From contig JAWQFM010000020.1 in assembly GCA_033442325.1 (NCBI GenBank), positions 73,523-137,522 of the forward strand: a stretch of DNA of 64,000 bases, read 5' to 3'. Shown here one piece after another: positions 63,922 through 64,000 of this stretch. Each line of letters begins with the position of its first letter. The first letter of the stretch is position 1. Below the pieces are notes generated by a model that was not told the origin of the DNA, did not search any database, and worked only from the letters and a program-made list of their open reading frames with translations. The translations under genes and the position numbers were made by a program. Source of the stretch: Salpingoeca rosetta (taxonomy: Eukaryota > Protista > Choanoflagellata).

Positions 63922-64000
63922 GTAAGTCATGCAGTTGCGGCACTTGCAGACGGTTGTGCCGGCCGTTGAAGGCACCAACAAGGTCACCGCCATGGCATGG
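63922..64000 (-). other. Probable internal or late exon of a gene starting beyond the window
   Basis: Coding-like sequence ending at a G|GTATGT donor followed by (TG)n on the minus strand; product unknown. Confidence 0.35.

Overview
Gene-dense, intron-rich eukaryotic DNA. Short GT-AG introns packed with (TG)n/(CA)n microsatellites, an HCN channel and a transmembrane SH2 protein point to a choanoflagellate, probably Salpingoeca rosetta (inference). Splicing exons by eye gives about 10 genes. In order: an ankyrin-repeat protein (-, partial), an M1 aminopeptidase (+), a secreted clan GH-A glycoside hydrolase of bacterial type (-), a VIPAS39/Vps16-C-like protein (+), glycine decarboxylase P protein (-), an HCN channel (+), a PAM2-containing PAIP1-like protein (+), PIF1 helicase (-), a secreted bacterial-type metzincin with tandem PPC domains (-), a ~14.6 kb kinase-less Cys-rich receptor with a Tyr-rich tail and C-terminal SH2 (-), and ChaC (-). 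There are two 100-N gaps. One is flanked by a probably artefactual 312-bp duplication, the other by a possible DNA-transposon end. Most supplied ORFs (VCVC/HTHT) are microsatellite artefacts. The most notable items are the receptor-SH2 protein, two intron-containing genes that look horizontally acquired, gating-motif substitutions in the HCN channel, and polarised complementary UG/CA repeats in introns. All homology calls come from motif recognition and no searches were run. CDS coordinates are gene spans including introns.
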